Origin: Polymyxa betae A26-41
Taxonomy: Eukaryota > Protista > Endomyxa: Phytomyxea
Length of the DNA: 33,434 nucleotides
Assembly (NCBI GenBank): GCA_003693705.1
Contig: RBZT01000800.1
Span: 1 to 33,434 of the forward strand
Direction: 5' to 3'
The notes below the pieces were generated by a model. The model was not told the origin of the DNA. It saw only the letters and a list, made by a program, of their open reading frames with translations, and did not search any database. Positions 19,251 to 31,129 of the stretch are shown here, piece after piece; positions within the stretch are counted from its first letter, which is position 1; each line of letters opens with the position of its first letter. Made by a program: the position numbers and the translations under genes.

Positions 19251-21245
19251 CCGCATATTGATATGACCAAAGACAAAGTCTCTTCATAGGCCGCCTCAAT
19301 CTACAAATAAATAAAATCGCTAGGAAGTCGGAAAACACTTCTGGAATTATTTCGATCTGAAACCTTTTACAACAAACTCGCTTTTAACGAATTGTGAGAA
19401 CGATCACCAGACCAATCGTTCCCCGAAGTCCTTTTTTGGCTATTTTCACCTTGGTCTGAGATACCCACGGAAAGTGATCTTATCTCAACCATAGTATTAT
19501 TAATAACCCTCTTCAAAGATAATCCATTTCTATCATGTTGGCGAGCTGTATCTGCTGTCAACTTCTTCTATTCCACAATATTGCTGTCTTGTTCACATTG
19601 TCCTTTGTCGCAACTGTTTCTTACAAGAATCTTTCGGAGAAAACGACGTCGAAACCATTCCGCGATCTTGTAATCTTAAATCCATGTGGATGGCTGACGC
19701 ATCAATTCGCTTTGACAACGAACGACGAGATCGCTCCATCTTATTTTGGAAAGAGCTGTAACGCTTTGATCGTAATGTCAGATGCAGATGTGGGCAGGTG
19801 ATCATGAAAACCGGAGATAGACAACATGGCTGTACTTCACTCTTTATGGTTCATCCATCCCATTCAATCAGAAACTCCAGCAACAAACTGCCCTTTCTTC
19901 AATAGAAGCCCAGAACATGGCTCTTGGTCACGAATCTAGAGAGGCGAAATGGGCTCGTCATCTGACAGCTGATCGTTATCCACTATCATATTCTGACAGG
20001 CGAAAAAAACCAACCAGACTGTCAATTTGGGATTGTCTTAAATTTCACAGCAATGATTTACTGACCTCTGTCTCATTGAAAACTGACCAGTCAATGGGAA
20101 TCTTCAGCACCTACTAAAATGACAAGCTATGATACTATCAGTTAACTAACATTGTGCTGGATAGCATTGTCGGATTGGCAAACCCTAGGTAGAGATGGCG
20201 AAGGTTGTGACGAAGACTCCAGCTCGCAGCTCCGTGGTGTGATAGCTCCTGGCTCCCAACCCTTTTCAACACCTCGGGCCTGGCCAGCAAAAAGTGCAAT
20301 TTGTGTCATGTCAATTGATGTTTTCAAAACAGAGATCTCTGAGACTGAACGTGATTTTCAAGCCATCAATCCCTCTTTCTTTGATTGAACATTAACATTA
20401 TTTTCTCTTAAATTATTCCCAAATTCAGATGCTCTTCGAACGTTTTTGACTTGACAGTTCTTCTCGGCGTTTATAACCAAAAATCTTCAAAACTGGCATT
20501 GCTTTAATCATGTGAATTTTGAATGCAGTGTCCGAAAAACGATTAGTAAACTGTTGTCTTGCGACGAAATCATCCGATTGAGCCGACATGCGTGGAATCG
20601 GCAATCGGCCATCGGAATTTTCCTGCAGCCTTTTCACGCCTTAAATTTGGTTTCTTCATGCTTACGAATGTTGTTGAACAGTACAACTTAGGTCCTGATT
20701 CGTGAGATTGTGATCCGGATCACACTCTTGAAATCACAACGCGTACAGATCCAACATCTTCTGCTAATACCAACGACGTCAAACTGAAAACTTTCCTCGA
20801 TAACAAGCTGCCGATTTGAAGCAGTATTCCAGCAGTCTCATCAACACTTTCATAAATCTGTATACACCATTGCTTTCTAGTCTTGCTGCTTTTTGATAAA
20901 AAGAATCGAAAAAAACTGATGTCTCAAATTTTGGCAGAATGCTCACCGAATAATCGCAGAAGTATCTCCATACAAATTATACAGTACTGTAGTCACATAC
21001 ATAACTGTATCACGGTGTAACACAAAAATTCAGAAGGCCGCAGCTTCGGGGGGAAAAACAATTGAAAAAAGTAGATGAGCTATGAAAAAGTGTTTGGAAA
21101 TTTCGTGACACATCGGTCCCGGACAAAAAAGTGCGTGGGATTACGGCATTGAAGGTCTTCGGATAGCGGGAGGACCGAATCAGTTGTATCCCCATTATTG
21201 TCTCTCTCCCTTCTTGTGTGACGGCTCCGGTTCTCCGACCTGCCC

Positions 21246-24200
21246 ATGGACGACGCCACCGCGGCGCTGCAGTCCTGGACGCCGCTCGAGGAGGAGTTCC
21301 TGCTGTCGCTGGTCTCGGCCCGCGTCCACCCTTGGGTCAAATGGGACCTGGTCGTCGCCATCTTCTTCAAGGAGTTCGGCCCGCTCCGTTTCTACACCGC
21401 CGATATGGTTCGTCGTAAGTTCTATAGTATGAGAGCTCGCTGGCATGATGGCGATGGCGTCCCGGCGCTGATGCATGATATGGACGGCATGATGATGATG
21501 CCGCCGCCGCCGCTGCCCTTCCCACGGGCTTCGGCTTCGGTCAGTCGTATTGCAATAACGAAACGTAAATTCTCATGTCGTACGTAGAGTTGTGGGAATA
21601 CTGCCTCACGGGTTCGGATTCTGGACAAGATTAGCCCGCAGATGCAGTTTAAATGGATTCCGAAGGACGACTTACTGGCAGAGGCTGCGCGGACTCCTAT
21701 TAACCCTAACCCTAATCGCCCATCGCCCATCACAATCCCGGCCTCTCCGCCCCCTGTTCCCGTCGATTTCAATCGTCACGACATGCAATGGGGCGACGAT
21801 GAGCACGAGTATCTGAAGGAGCTGGCCGCCACGTTCGATCAGAAATGGGACGTGCTGGCCCGGCTGATGCGGGACCGATTCCCCGATCGATGTCCGTATA
21901 CCGTGGAGATGCTTCGTCAGAAAATCCAGGACGTGATGGTGCCGCCTAAATCACCGATGGGTCTCTCGGTCGACCTGTTTTACCGCTTTAACCAAGAAAG
22001 TAAGATGCACAATGTCCCGCTGCCGGTAACGGTTCCGGACACGTCATCTTCAGAGTCCGCAGATGTTCCTGTCCAGGTGGATTCTGTGCCAGCTGATGTC
22101 CCTGCTATTAATAACACTATCGGTAATGAACCCGCTCTTCCTGATAATTCCATGGCGGACTTCGGTCCATCTGCTCTTTCCTGTGATGGCTTCAATGAGG
22201 CCTGCGACAATTCCAACGAGGCTGATGTTGACTTTTCTTATGTCGCTGAAGTTTCTGACAACCTTGCTGTTGGTGATGCTGTCGTTTCTGATGACGTTGT
22301 CGTCTGTGAAGACGGTGAGCCCCTTCACATTTCTTCAGCTGATCAACCGATCGCTCCTGAACCAATTCGTCAAAACGACCCTCAAGTTGATGTTTTCGAA
22401 AAAGTTGCTGCAGACGATTCAAACGGCGATTTTATTGAGAATGTTCATGTTCCCGACGAAGATGATGATATCATAGAATATGATCAGGAGAATGAGGCCG
22501 TCGAGCCTTATGCTACCAGCGATGACATGGTCGTCCAAGGGACTGCAAAATCTGATTTCCATGAAGATACCAAATCTAAAGAGTCGAGCAAAGCAGCTGA
22601 CCTTGATGACATCGTGGTGGTTGTGTCGGAATTCACACCTGAAGACAACGATTCTGCACATATTGAAGTTCCTGATTATGCGCAGTTTCAAGCCGATCAT
22701 GATCAAAGATTCGAAATTCCTCAAACCGTTGCTGTCGCAGACCATGAAGAATCCGGGATCGCTAAGAACTCCTGTAATCCCCTCAAAGCAGAGGCTGTCG
22801 AATTTGTCGAAAACTTCCATCTGGAATTGTCAGAAAAAGAAGAGCAGCTAGTTGTGCCACCAACTGAACCAGAATCTGTTGATGGAATTCCGTCACAATT
22901 TCTGCCACAACCTGCTGTGGAAGTCACCCATGAAGTTGCGGTTCAGGTCGAGATTCAAGATGATAGGCTGCCGGAATCTGTCGTCGTCGAACAAGCACAA
23001 CCAGAAATCGTTGACCTGTGCAGCGATGAAAATGTCAAAGAAGGTGAAATTGATGCAGACTCTCATCCTGTCGAGATCGCTTCGGATCGTGATGACTCAC
23101 TCTTCGCAAAAGAAGTTGTCATGGATGTTGATTCTCATCAGGATGACATTCAGCTGTATCCTGAAACAGCCGTCATCACAACAGAGGCTGTTATGAATGT
23201 TCTGGACGACGCTCAGCAGAATCAGGAGACCGCTGTCCCTACCACAGATGTTGCCCTGGTTGCGGATGCCATAAACTTGCATAATGATGTTGAAGTTGCC
23301 ATTGAAGAGGCTGCAGGCGTTCACCTCGATGGCAATCAGCCGAATAATGATGCCGAGATCGCCACTGAAATCGTCGATATGGATATGGATGCTCAGCCCG
23401 ATGATATTCAGCTGGATAATGATGTTAAAGTCACCAACGAGACAACCATGGATGCGGATCTTCATGTGGATGATACTCAGCTGTATAATGATGCTGAAAT
23501 CGCCGCTGACGAGGCTGTCATGGCTGTTCGGGAAGCCCTAAAGTCGGGTAAAGCTGCCAAAGACGCCATTAAAGTAGAGGGCTCGGATGCGGATTGGTTT
23601 CTGAACGACATTCCGTTAAATCATGACGCTCAAATCATCTCTAACGGTGTCATACATGTTGCCAAACAAGTCATTGCTGCCAATGTTGTAGCTGATGCTC
23701 CAGCTCCGGCTTCTTCGATGGCCTTCGACAGGAAAATCAAGCCTGAGCCCATTTCTATGCCTGGTATTTTACAATTGCTTATCCTTTTATTTTATTTTAT
23801 TCTTTGCTGTCTTTTCTCTTCAGATTTCTGAAACACTTTTATTGTTCGATTTTCTTATTTTGCGCCCGTTTTACCAGGTTTATTCTACAGTGATGTTGTT
23901 ATTTATCTTTCTATGGATTTTTTCCGTCATTGATGTTGAATCTGAACCCTCTTTTGTTCGATTCTGTTGTTTCTGCTTTTGCTATACATAACATTTTTCT
24001 CTTCTTGATAAATAATCGTTTCTGTCATTAGTCAATCAGAGCTGCGGATGTTAAAGTTTTTGGTTTGATACACTTTTTTCTGTTAGATCAGAGCTACTTT
24101 TCTAGTTTTATTCTCTTTGCGTTCATTCCTTTTTTCCTACAGTTTCATTGATTTGCTGTGCTAAAAGTTGATGAATTTCCTTTTTTTTCATGATTAAATG

Positions 24201-26470
24201 ACATTGTCAGTTTCTGCGTTTTCAACTGTTTTTTGTTTTCATCATATTCTGATTAATTTTTTTTCAGCCGAGGTCATCGTTCCGGACCTTCAGTCACCAA
24301 TCTCCGTCTTCAGCCATGTCCAAGAATCTGTAACTATCACCAAGTCTGTTGCAGGAGCGATTCTAACTACTGGCGCCGACGACACCGAATCAGACGAAGA
24401 CGTTGCCATCCCGAAGCTGACCAATTCGCACATCTGTCATTTCAACGCTTTCGACGATATCGACTCGCTACACGGGCCCGGATACGAATCACCACAAGAT
24501 CTCGCCAACCTCCACTACCAGCTTCTGGCGCCGGATATTAGTTCGGTAGAATCGCCGTCCCGACCGCCGCCCACTCCGAAACAACACGACTCAGATTTCC
24601 TCAAGAACAATCTGGTCGGTCGTGCTATCCGGAAACTGGTCGAAGGGCGCGTCGCCGAGACCGAAATCCACATGGGGAGCGACGCCATCTCGCAGCAGCC
24701 TGAGGCCGCGGAGGTCGTTACGGACGCTCTCAACCCTGTGACGGACTCCGAACCCATAAACGTCCCTGCTGAAGCGATGGTGGTCTCGCCTGCGATCGAT
24801 TTCGATCTCGATGAAAACGACTTCGACATGGACGAGGTGTCGGTGCCGGCCGAGCCCGTCCCGCCACCCAAGGTTACAACGAAACCGCTCACCGCTGCCA
24901 TTTCCAAACGCCGCGGCCGCCCGCCGGCTCCGGTGGGCGCCCTCCCTAGGAAGCGCGGTCGACCCCGTAAGAACGCTCCCAAGGCTGTGGAAGCCAGCGC
25001 TATCAGGAACATGACCGTCGACAAGATCGATCCTGTGCTTGGTTACATTACCAACAGTGGTATCGCTTTGGCTGGTAACATTGCCAAGTCTGACACGAGG
25101 GAACCTCTTCCTGGTAACATTACCGAGTCTGAGAATATCCTGGGCAAGTCCGTCGCTGTTAATGGGAATGTTTTATGCGAATCCCTGGCTGCTAATATCC
25201 CATCTGATGATCGACGTCACGAGCCGTTGGCGGATCAATCTCACCAGACCTGCGAGCTGGAAACGCTTCTTCATAGCAGCATTGTGGTGAGAGCGTTGTC
25301 AAAAGCCGAAGACTTAATCGCAAAGGAAAATGTCAAGCCCAGAGATGATGCTTCGAGTGAGGCTTTGGCGGTCTCTATCGACGCTTCGAAGCTATCAAAG
25401 TCTACAGAAACGCCGATTAATCCCGCTCTCGAGATTTCTTTGCCGACACTATCGAAAGGATCCTCAACGCAGCCGATTATCGAAATCCCACCACAATCCA
25501 TGTCGAAAAATCCTTCGGCTCACTCGATTGTCGACATTCTGCCGCCGTCAAAATCGCAGGAAGCTTTGTGTGTTGAAGGTCCTGGTCCGACAGAATCAAA
25601 AGAACCGTCGGTACAGCCGATTGTCGAAGTTCCGGCACCTTCCAAATTGAAAGCGATCTCGACCAAGCTCGCTGTTGAGAGGCGTTCGCTGTCTAGGGAT
25701 GTTGTTGCGAATTCCACCAAGGAGAAGTTAATTGGCAGTCGTATGAAGGGCGTGAAGAGTGGTAAACAGGCAACAAAGCCGCTCGTGACGCGGTCGGTGA
25801 GCAGCCGTACAAGAAGCTCGAAGAGAGCAGTGTCGCCAATCAGATTGCTGCCAGTACGGAAAAGTAATGACCATTCTGTTTGCTTGAGAACTTTCGTGTT
25901 CTGACTTTGTTTAGGTCGAAGAGTATGTCAGAATGATTTCGCACCACGTAAATCAGGTACTGCTGTTTCTGCTTTTCCTGCTATTTTCAAATTTTTTCAT
26001 CATTTTTAAAAATGTTTTTTTTGTCTTAATTATCGTGTCTGCATTTTTTTGTTGATCTTTCGAAATGACTTTTGGCACTGATGTTGGGCTGTACCTCTAT
26101 ATGTTCGTATTTTTTCGAGTTTTTCAGTTTAGATCTGTTCCTGTTCACTATTCTCGACTAAGCGAAGTTTCTCGCAGATTTTCAAAACGAGTCGTCGGTG
26201 AACACACAGCAGAGCGTTTGCGGTGACGATGTCGGTCCAGACTCAAGTGCGAACATCTCGTGTGATACTATCATGTCTGAAGCGCTTGCAGTCGCCGTAC
26301 AGGACCCGGATCCACCGGGGACTGCTCTGGATACCGAAACTTTATCTGCGAGCACTGAACCGTTGCTGCCTCCAAGATCGACATCTAATAATATGATGGA
26401 GAGCAGCAGTATAGAAATACCAGGACAGTCGAGATGGCTGCTTCCCTCTAAGTCATGTCTGTTACAATAA
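21246..26470 (+). CDS. Myb/SANT-like x2, AT-hook x2, acidic low-complexity protein with C-terminal CaaX (CLLQ); ~1448 aa; exons 21246-21539, 21642-23763, 24268-25863, 25915-25956, 26178-26470
   Basis: Myb-like WTPLEEEFLLSLV..KWDLVV..YTADMVRRKF and WGDDEHEYLKEL..KWDVLARLM..YTVEMLRQK; AT-hooks KRRGRPP and RKRGRPRK (24906-24971). All four GT..AG introns are phase-compatible (0,1,1,1) and the exons sum to 4347 nt = 1449 codons. Confidence 0.75.
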
Positions 26471-27449
26471 TATTCTCTTTTAAATCTCTCTTATTTATGG
26501 TTTTTATCCCAATACACTGTCTTTAGCTTAGTACCGTCGATTCTTCGGTCAACTGCACCAAAAGGCGCTTTGTTTTCCCACAATCAAAGCGATGATTTCA
26601 AGTAAATTTTGAATGAAAATATGGGTGTTTCAAACCAGAATTTTCTTTGAGCAGATTCCTTTGTCACACAGCATGCAAATTTATCAGCGAGTCGCTGCTT
26701 TCGTACAGACGAACCTAACCTGTGCCGATTGGACTTGATTTGCAAAAGGTGAGACGGAAGGCGATTTTGATAATCTTTGACTCTCATTTGGATTGTGTTG
26801 GGTTAGGTTTTATTCTAAGATTCGATGCATTCAGGCAGCACTCTCCTCACAACTAACGAAATTCGCAACCAAGGAACATTGTTGGTCTAACAGGCATTTG
26901 CGATAAAAAAGTTTTTACGGGATCAGAAATAAAACAGGGAATTTTTTAGTACCGCTATTTCTTTGCTGAATCAGTCTTTCCAGAAACTATTTTTACATGC
27001 ATTGAGATTGAATTTCAAGGGGCGCAATAAAAAACTGCGCAAATATTTTCGAGTTCCTGCAAACCCAAATAAACGCAAATATCTTTCCCGTGATTTTCCG
27101 CAAAAAGACCGCAACCGCTTTTGCTAAAGAATCCGATCTAATAACAGCTGTCTGTCATAATTATTCATCCAATGGCAATGAATAGAGATCGAACAAAGTG
27201 GTCTTAATGATCAATTGGCATCCCAGAATTAGATGTTGTTGGCCGTTTGGCCCACGTCGACCTGCCAGAATTGAAGTTTTGCGCTGAGCGACGGATGCTG
27301 CGCCACGGCATTGCGACCCCACTGATATGAGCGTGTCAACCCCCCCCCCCCCGACATACAGTCTCACCCAGTAGCAGGGCCAGCTCAGTTGATCCCAACC
27401 ACCCAGTCGATCCAACCCCAACTAACGCCCCCAGCGCCCCTTCACCCCT

Positions 27450-30332
27450 ATGCCACCACCCGGCTGTCGGCCCTGGGCGGCCGCCGAAGAACAGTACCTG
27501 GCCGAGCTCGTGGGCCAGCATGGCCGCCAATGGGGCCACTGGGAACTGATCGCCCGCCTCATGCTGCAGCGATTCGGGTCGGCGATTCGCCTCTATACCT
27601 CCCATCTCGTCCAGCAGAAATGGGCGGGCATGTCGCGGCGTCGGAAAGCGCCCCCGGTGGCCAGTAAGTCCCAGCAGCAGCCGCAGCAGCAGCAGCAGGC
27701 GACCCCTGGCTGGTACTGCTATTATGACGGCGATACCGGCTGCTATTACTATGATGATGAGACCGGTGTGCGATACTATCTGGACCCGTCGCAGCTGGTC
27801 CAGTACGACCAGCACCCGGTCGAGTATTACCCGACGCAGTTCGGGGAAGACGCGAGTGTCCCGTTTGTCACCGGGGTGGAGGCCGAGCGACGCGGTCTGC
27901 AATGGCGCTGGACGGGCGAAGAGACGGCGTATTTGCGCGGGCTGATCGCGTCGCATAACCCTACCGACTGGAATATCGTGGCCGGAGCGATGCGACAGCG
28001 ATTCGGGCGCCGATTTCGCGATTATACGATGAACTGCGTGGAGACCAAATGGCATCGGATTAAGGGCAAACAGACAGATCAGCAGGTCGGTAGTGGTGAG
28101 GTCGCTGTCATTGATCTCAGTGGCGACCCGCCGGTCGTACTGGAGCGCACGGAACCCGTTCATCGGCCCACTGTATCCCGTGTAGAGAGTTTCGTCACAA
28201 ATATGGCCGATTTTCGTATTACAGATGAAGGTGAGCTACATCATGTTAATTAATTTATTCACCTGATTTTTTGTCTTTTATATTTATTTACCAGAATTTA
28301 TTGCATTATTATCTTGTGTAAGATTCCTCATCATTTTCGCTTCTTATGTTATTACGGCTTGTTGTGATCTAAATTTTTTGTACATTTTGCTTTCGAACAA
28401 TTTCTGGTCTTTCTATCGCTAGCAATACGATTGACAATCTCTGTTATTCTTTCGTCACCGCATTCCATTTTTTTACTTAATTTTTCTCCTTCCGTTTGCT
28501 CTCACTCCAACAGTTTCCCCTAAACCCAAACCCTAATCGTTCTCCTATTTGTTTTGCGACCTGTCACACATTCGCTCAATTCTTACCACTTTTTTATCAG
28601 GAGCCTCTCAGCCCCATCACGAGGCCGTCTTCTCAGAGGTCGTACCGGCCCCGGCCACCGTCAACGACATGGCCGCCAGCCACGACGCCGACTCCGACGA
28701 AACCGCACCGCTGGATAGTTCGGGTCGTACTGGCCCGCCCTCGAACCTGCCTACGGACGTCGATCCAGCTCATAGCGTGATGGCTGCGTCGCCGGACGTT
28801 TCCAGACTGCGTCAGGTGGTGATGGACGTGCCCGCCCCCGACCATGAAGAGAGCGCGTTCGATAAAGTCGCGTTGGGGCCGCGAACGGCGTCGGTTTCGT
28901 CGCAGCGCGCCATGTCTGACGGGGTCTCGGACTCCGCCGCCATCGAGTTCGCCCGTCTGTCTCAACTGGCGGCTCGGCAAATCGTCAAAACGGATCGCGA
29001 ACGTAAATTGCGACGTCAATCTGAATGGTTCCTCTCAGCCGGTACCATTCGACGTCGTCGCAACTTTTCTGCGCCGATTCCCGTTACTGCTGCCGCTGTC
29101 GCGGATATTCCTTCGAATATTGATTATGAAGCACCACCAGATACGGATATCAACATCAGCACGCATTCCGCGGCGGACATATCTATGATCGGGGCGGATC
29201 TGAGCCTGGCGTCGCAGGCCTCCGCCTCCGAATCGAACTGTGTCGTTCCTATCGATCATGCTCTGACGGACCCCGCCACGGACCTCCCGGATGCCGCTCC
29301 GGCTTTCTCGTCGGTTGCTGCTGACCAGCAGGACACTGCTATATGCGATTTGTCACCTTCAAAGGATGCGGAACCATCGGAGCCTGTTACACCATCGTAT
29401 TCACCTTCGAAGCTTCCTGATCAGCTACAGACAACTGCATCGGTTCAAGTGATCGTCTCCGAAGATCCGCCGCCATCTGATCATGAAGATCTGAATTCGG
29501 CGGCGTCCGCCATCGTTACCAGATCTGCAACGCCTCAGATTCGAAGAACGACGAGATCGTCGAGTTCCGCCCTCGGTCGAAAGCAACGATCCTCGGGGCC
29601 TTTGAAGCGCTCTAAGCGACTGCCGCTGGACCGCCCGACACCGCCGCTACGAAGAAGTCGACGATCGGCAAGTTCGGCCACGGAATCCAGTGTTACTGCG
29701 ACCCCAAACGAGATCGAATCGCGACGAAACCGCCCAAGTTTCGATAAAACTTTTCAACGTGATTCTGATATTTCCAAATGTAAGTTTTTTCCGACTTTTT
29801 TTCAAGTTTTTGCAAACTTGATGTCAATTTGCTTCAATGTTTTCTGTGGCAGTTATTCAGTCCATCTTGGATTCAATTGTTGTTAGATCGGCGGACCGAG
29901 ATGGCCTTGACCAGTACGACCGGGTCTGGGCCGAGTCCGGATCCCGGGCCAGTGTTCGATGGAGGTAGACTATCCCATTTCCGTCTATCTCGATCGCCAT
30001 TCTCATTGATTCTATCTAAATAGATTCTCCCGCTGATGACCAAATTCCTGCAAGATCTCTTTCGGAGCTCAATACAACACCAATAGGTAATGTTACGGCC
30101 TCTGCTTTTGAGCTTTTCGCTCTTTCTAGTTTCAAAGAAATTATCCGTTTGATTCTGTTTTTGGTCTGTTGAAATCAGAGGGATGTTGGGTATCATTGAT
30201 CCAGGTCAATATTGATATAATTCTGTTACAGACTGGCGTGTGGATAACGTTCGAAGAAGGAATGAGCCCGAGCCGACCCCCGTCCTGGAATCGAAATCAT
30301 CCTGGAGATCACGAGCATGTTTAATTCAATAG
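27450..30332 (+). CDS. Myb/SANT-like x2 protein with polyQ, OCRE-like Tyr repeat, Ser/Arg-rich tail and C-terminal CaaX (CLIQ); ~712 aa; exons 27450-28230, 28601-29779, 29887-29964, 30232-30332
   Basis: Myb-like WAAAEEQYLAELV..HWELIARLM..YTSHLVQQKW and WTGEETAYLRGLI..DWNIVAGAM..YTMNCVETKW. Introns GTGAGC..TCAG, GTAAGT..TTAG and GTAGAC..ACAG are all phase 1, and the exons sum to 2139 nt = 713 codons. The last exon reads DWRVDNVRRRNEPEPTPVLESKSSWRSRACLIQ*. Confidence 0.8.
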
Positions 30333-30477
30333 AACTTTCTCTATATAAATTCCACCATCTATTCGGGCCTTCTCTACCGACTTTCTTCCCTTTTGATACC
30401 TGTTTCTCTCTCTTTGCGTTGTCTTCGTTTACTTCAGAATCTGTTCGAACGTTCTTCTTCGTGCTCTATTCGAAGGT

Positions 30478-31062
30478 TTGATAGACACGATTACCATAGG
30501 GACAGTTGATTTGCAGAACATGAAGGCGGTGGAGAAGCTCCCAGGTTGTGAACAAATCCGCAAGCTGAAGCATCACGACGATCGGGTCCGCGGCGTGAAT
30601 TTCGCCCGAATTTTTCGTATTGGATCTGTTCGCACCTTCTCGGACATTGTTCCCGCAATGCTGTCTCTGACAAGTCCGAATAGTCCGATACTGAAACTTT
30701 TTTTTGAACATTCCGATCACAGGTGATTGGAATGAATTTTATCCTGAATTCTCTCGACCATTTCAACCCGGACACGAGTTTCCAACGAATTCGGAGGACC
30801 CTTCAGGATGATCGCAAAAATTCAAATCTTGGCCTTCAACACACCAATGTTATTCAGCACACTTCGGTACTGGATGACGGAATTGGAGTACTCTGGCATA
30901 TTGAGATATAACGGGCATCTATGTGCATTGATACAACATTCGCTGTCGTTCCAGATCCGTACAGACAGCTTCTTTCTAATGATGGTGAAGGATCCTGCTG
31001 CCCATCAAGGATATCTTCCAGACACGGCCATACAATCATTTAGTGATAAACGACCATTATAG
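30478..31062 (+). pseudogene. Possible decayed coding sequence of unknown family
   Basis: Three overlapping short + ORFs in shifting frames with protein-like composition; no recognisable motif. Confidence 0.25.
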
Positions 31063-31129
31063 CTCAATGATAGTAGAATTGGGTTTAGATATCTCCAATC
31101 TCTGGATTTCTTAGCTGGTAATATGTAGC

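Noticed and set aside
19400-20900. Decayed DNA transposase on the minus strand (CWICTRC..NNIRKH, BED-like)
   Set aside because: Too fragmentary; no catalytic motif or TIR pair identified.
23764-23831. Hydrophobic C-terminus of the 729-aa ORF (ILQLLILLFYFILCCLF), and hydrophobic starts of the 24198 and 28549 ORFs
   Set aside because: These are translated T-rich intron sequences, not transmembrane segments or signal peptides.
27340-27352. C13 homopolymer upstream of gene 2
   Set aside because: A simple repeat with no supporting evidence of function.
27336-28163. 275-aa minus-strand ORF, and similar ORFs opposite 21642-25904 and 28549-29886
   Set aside because: Shadows of GC-rich Myb-gene exons with no motifs.
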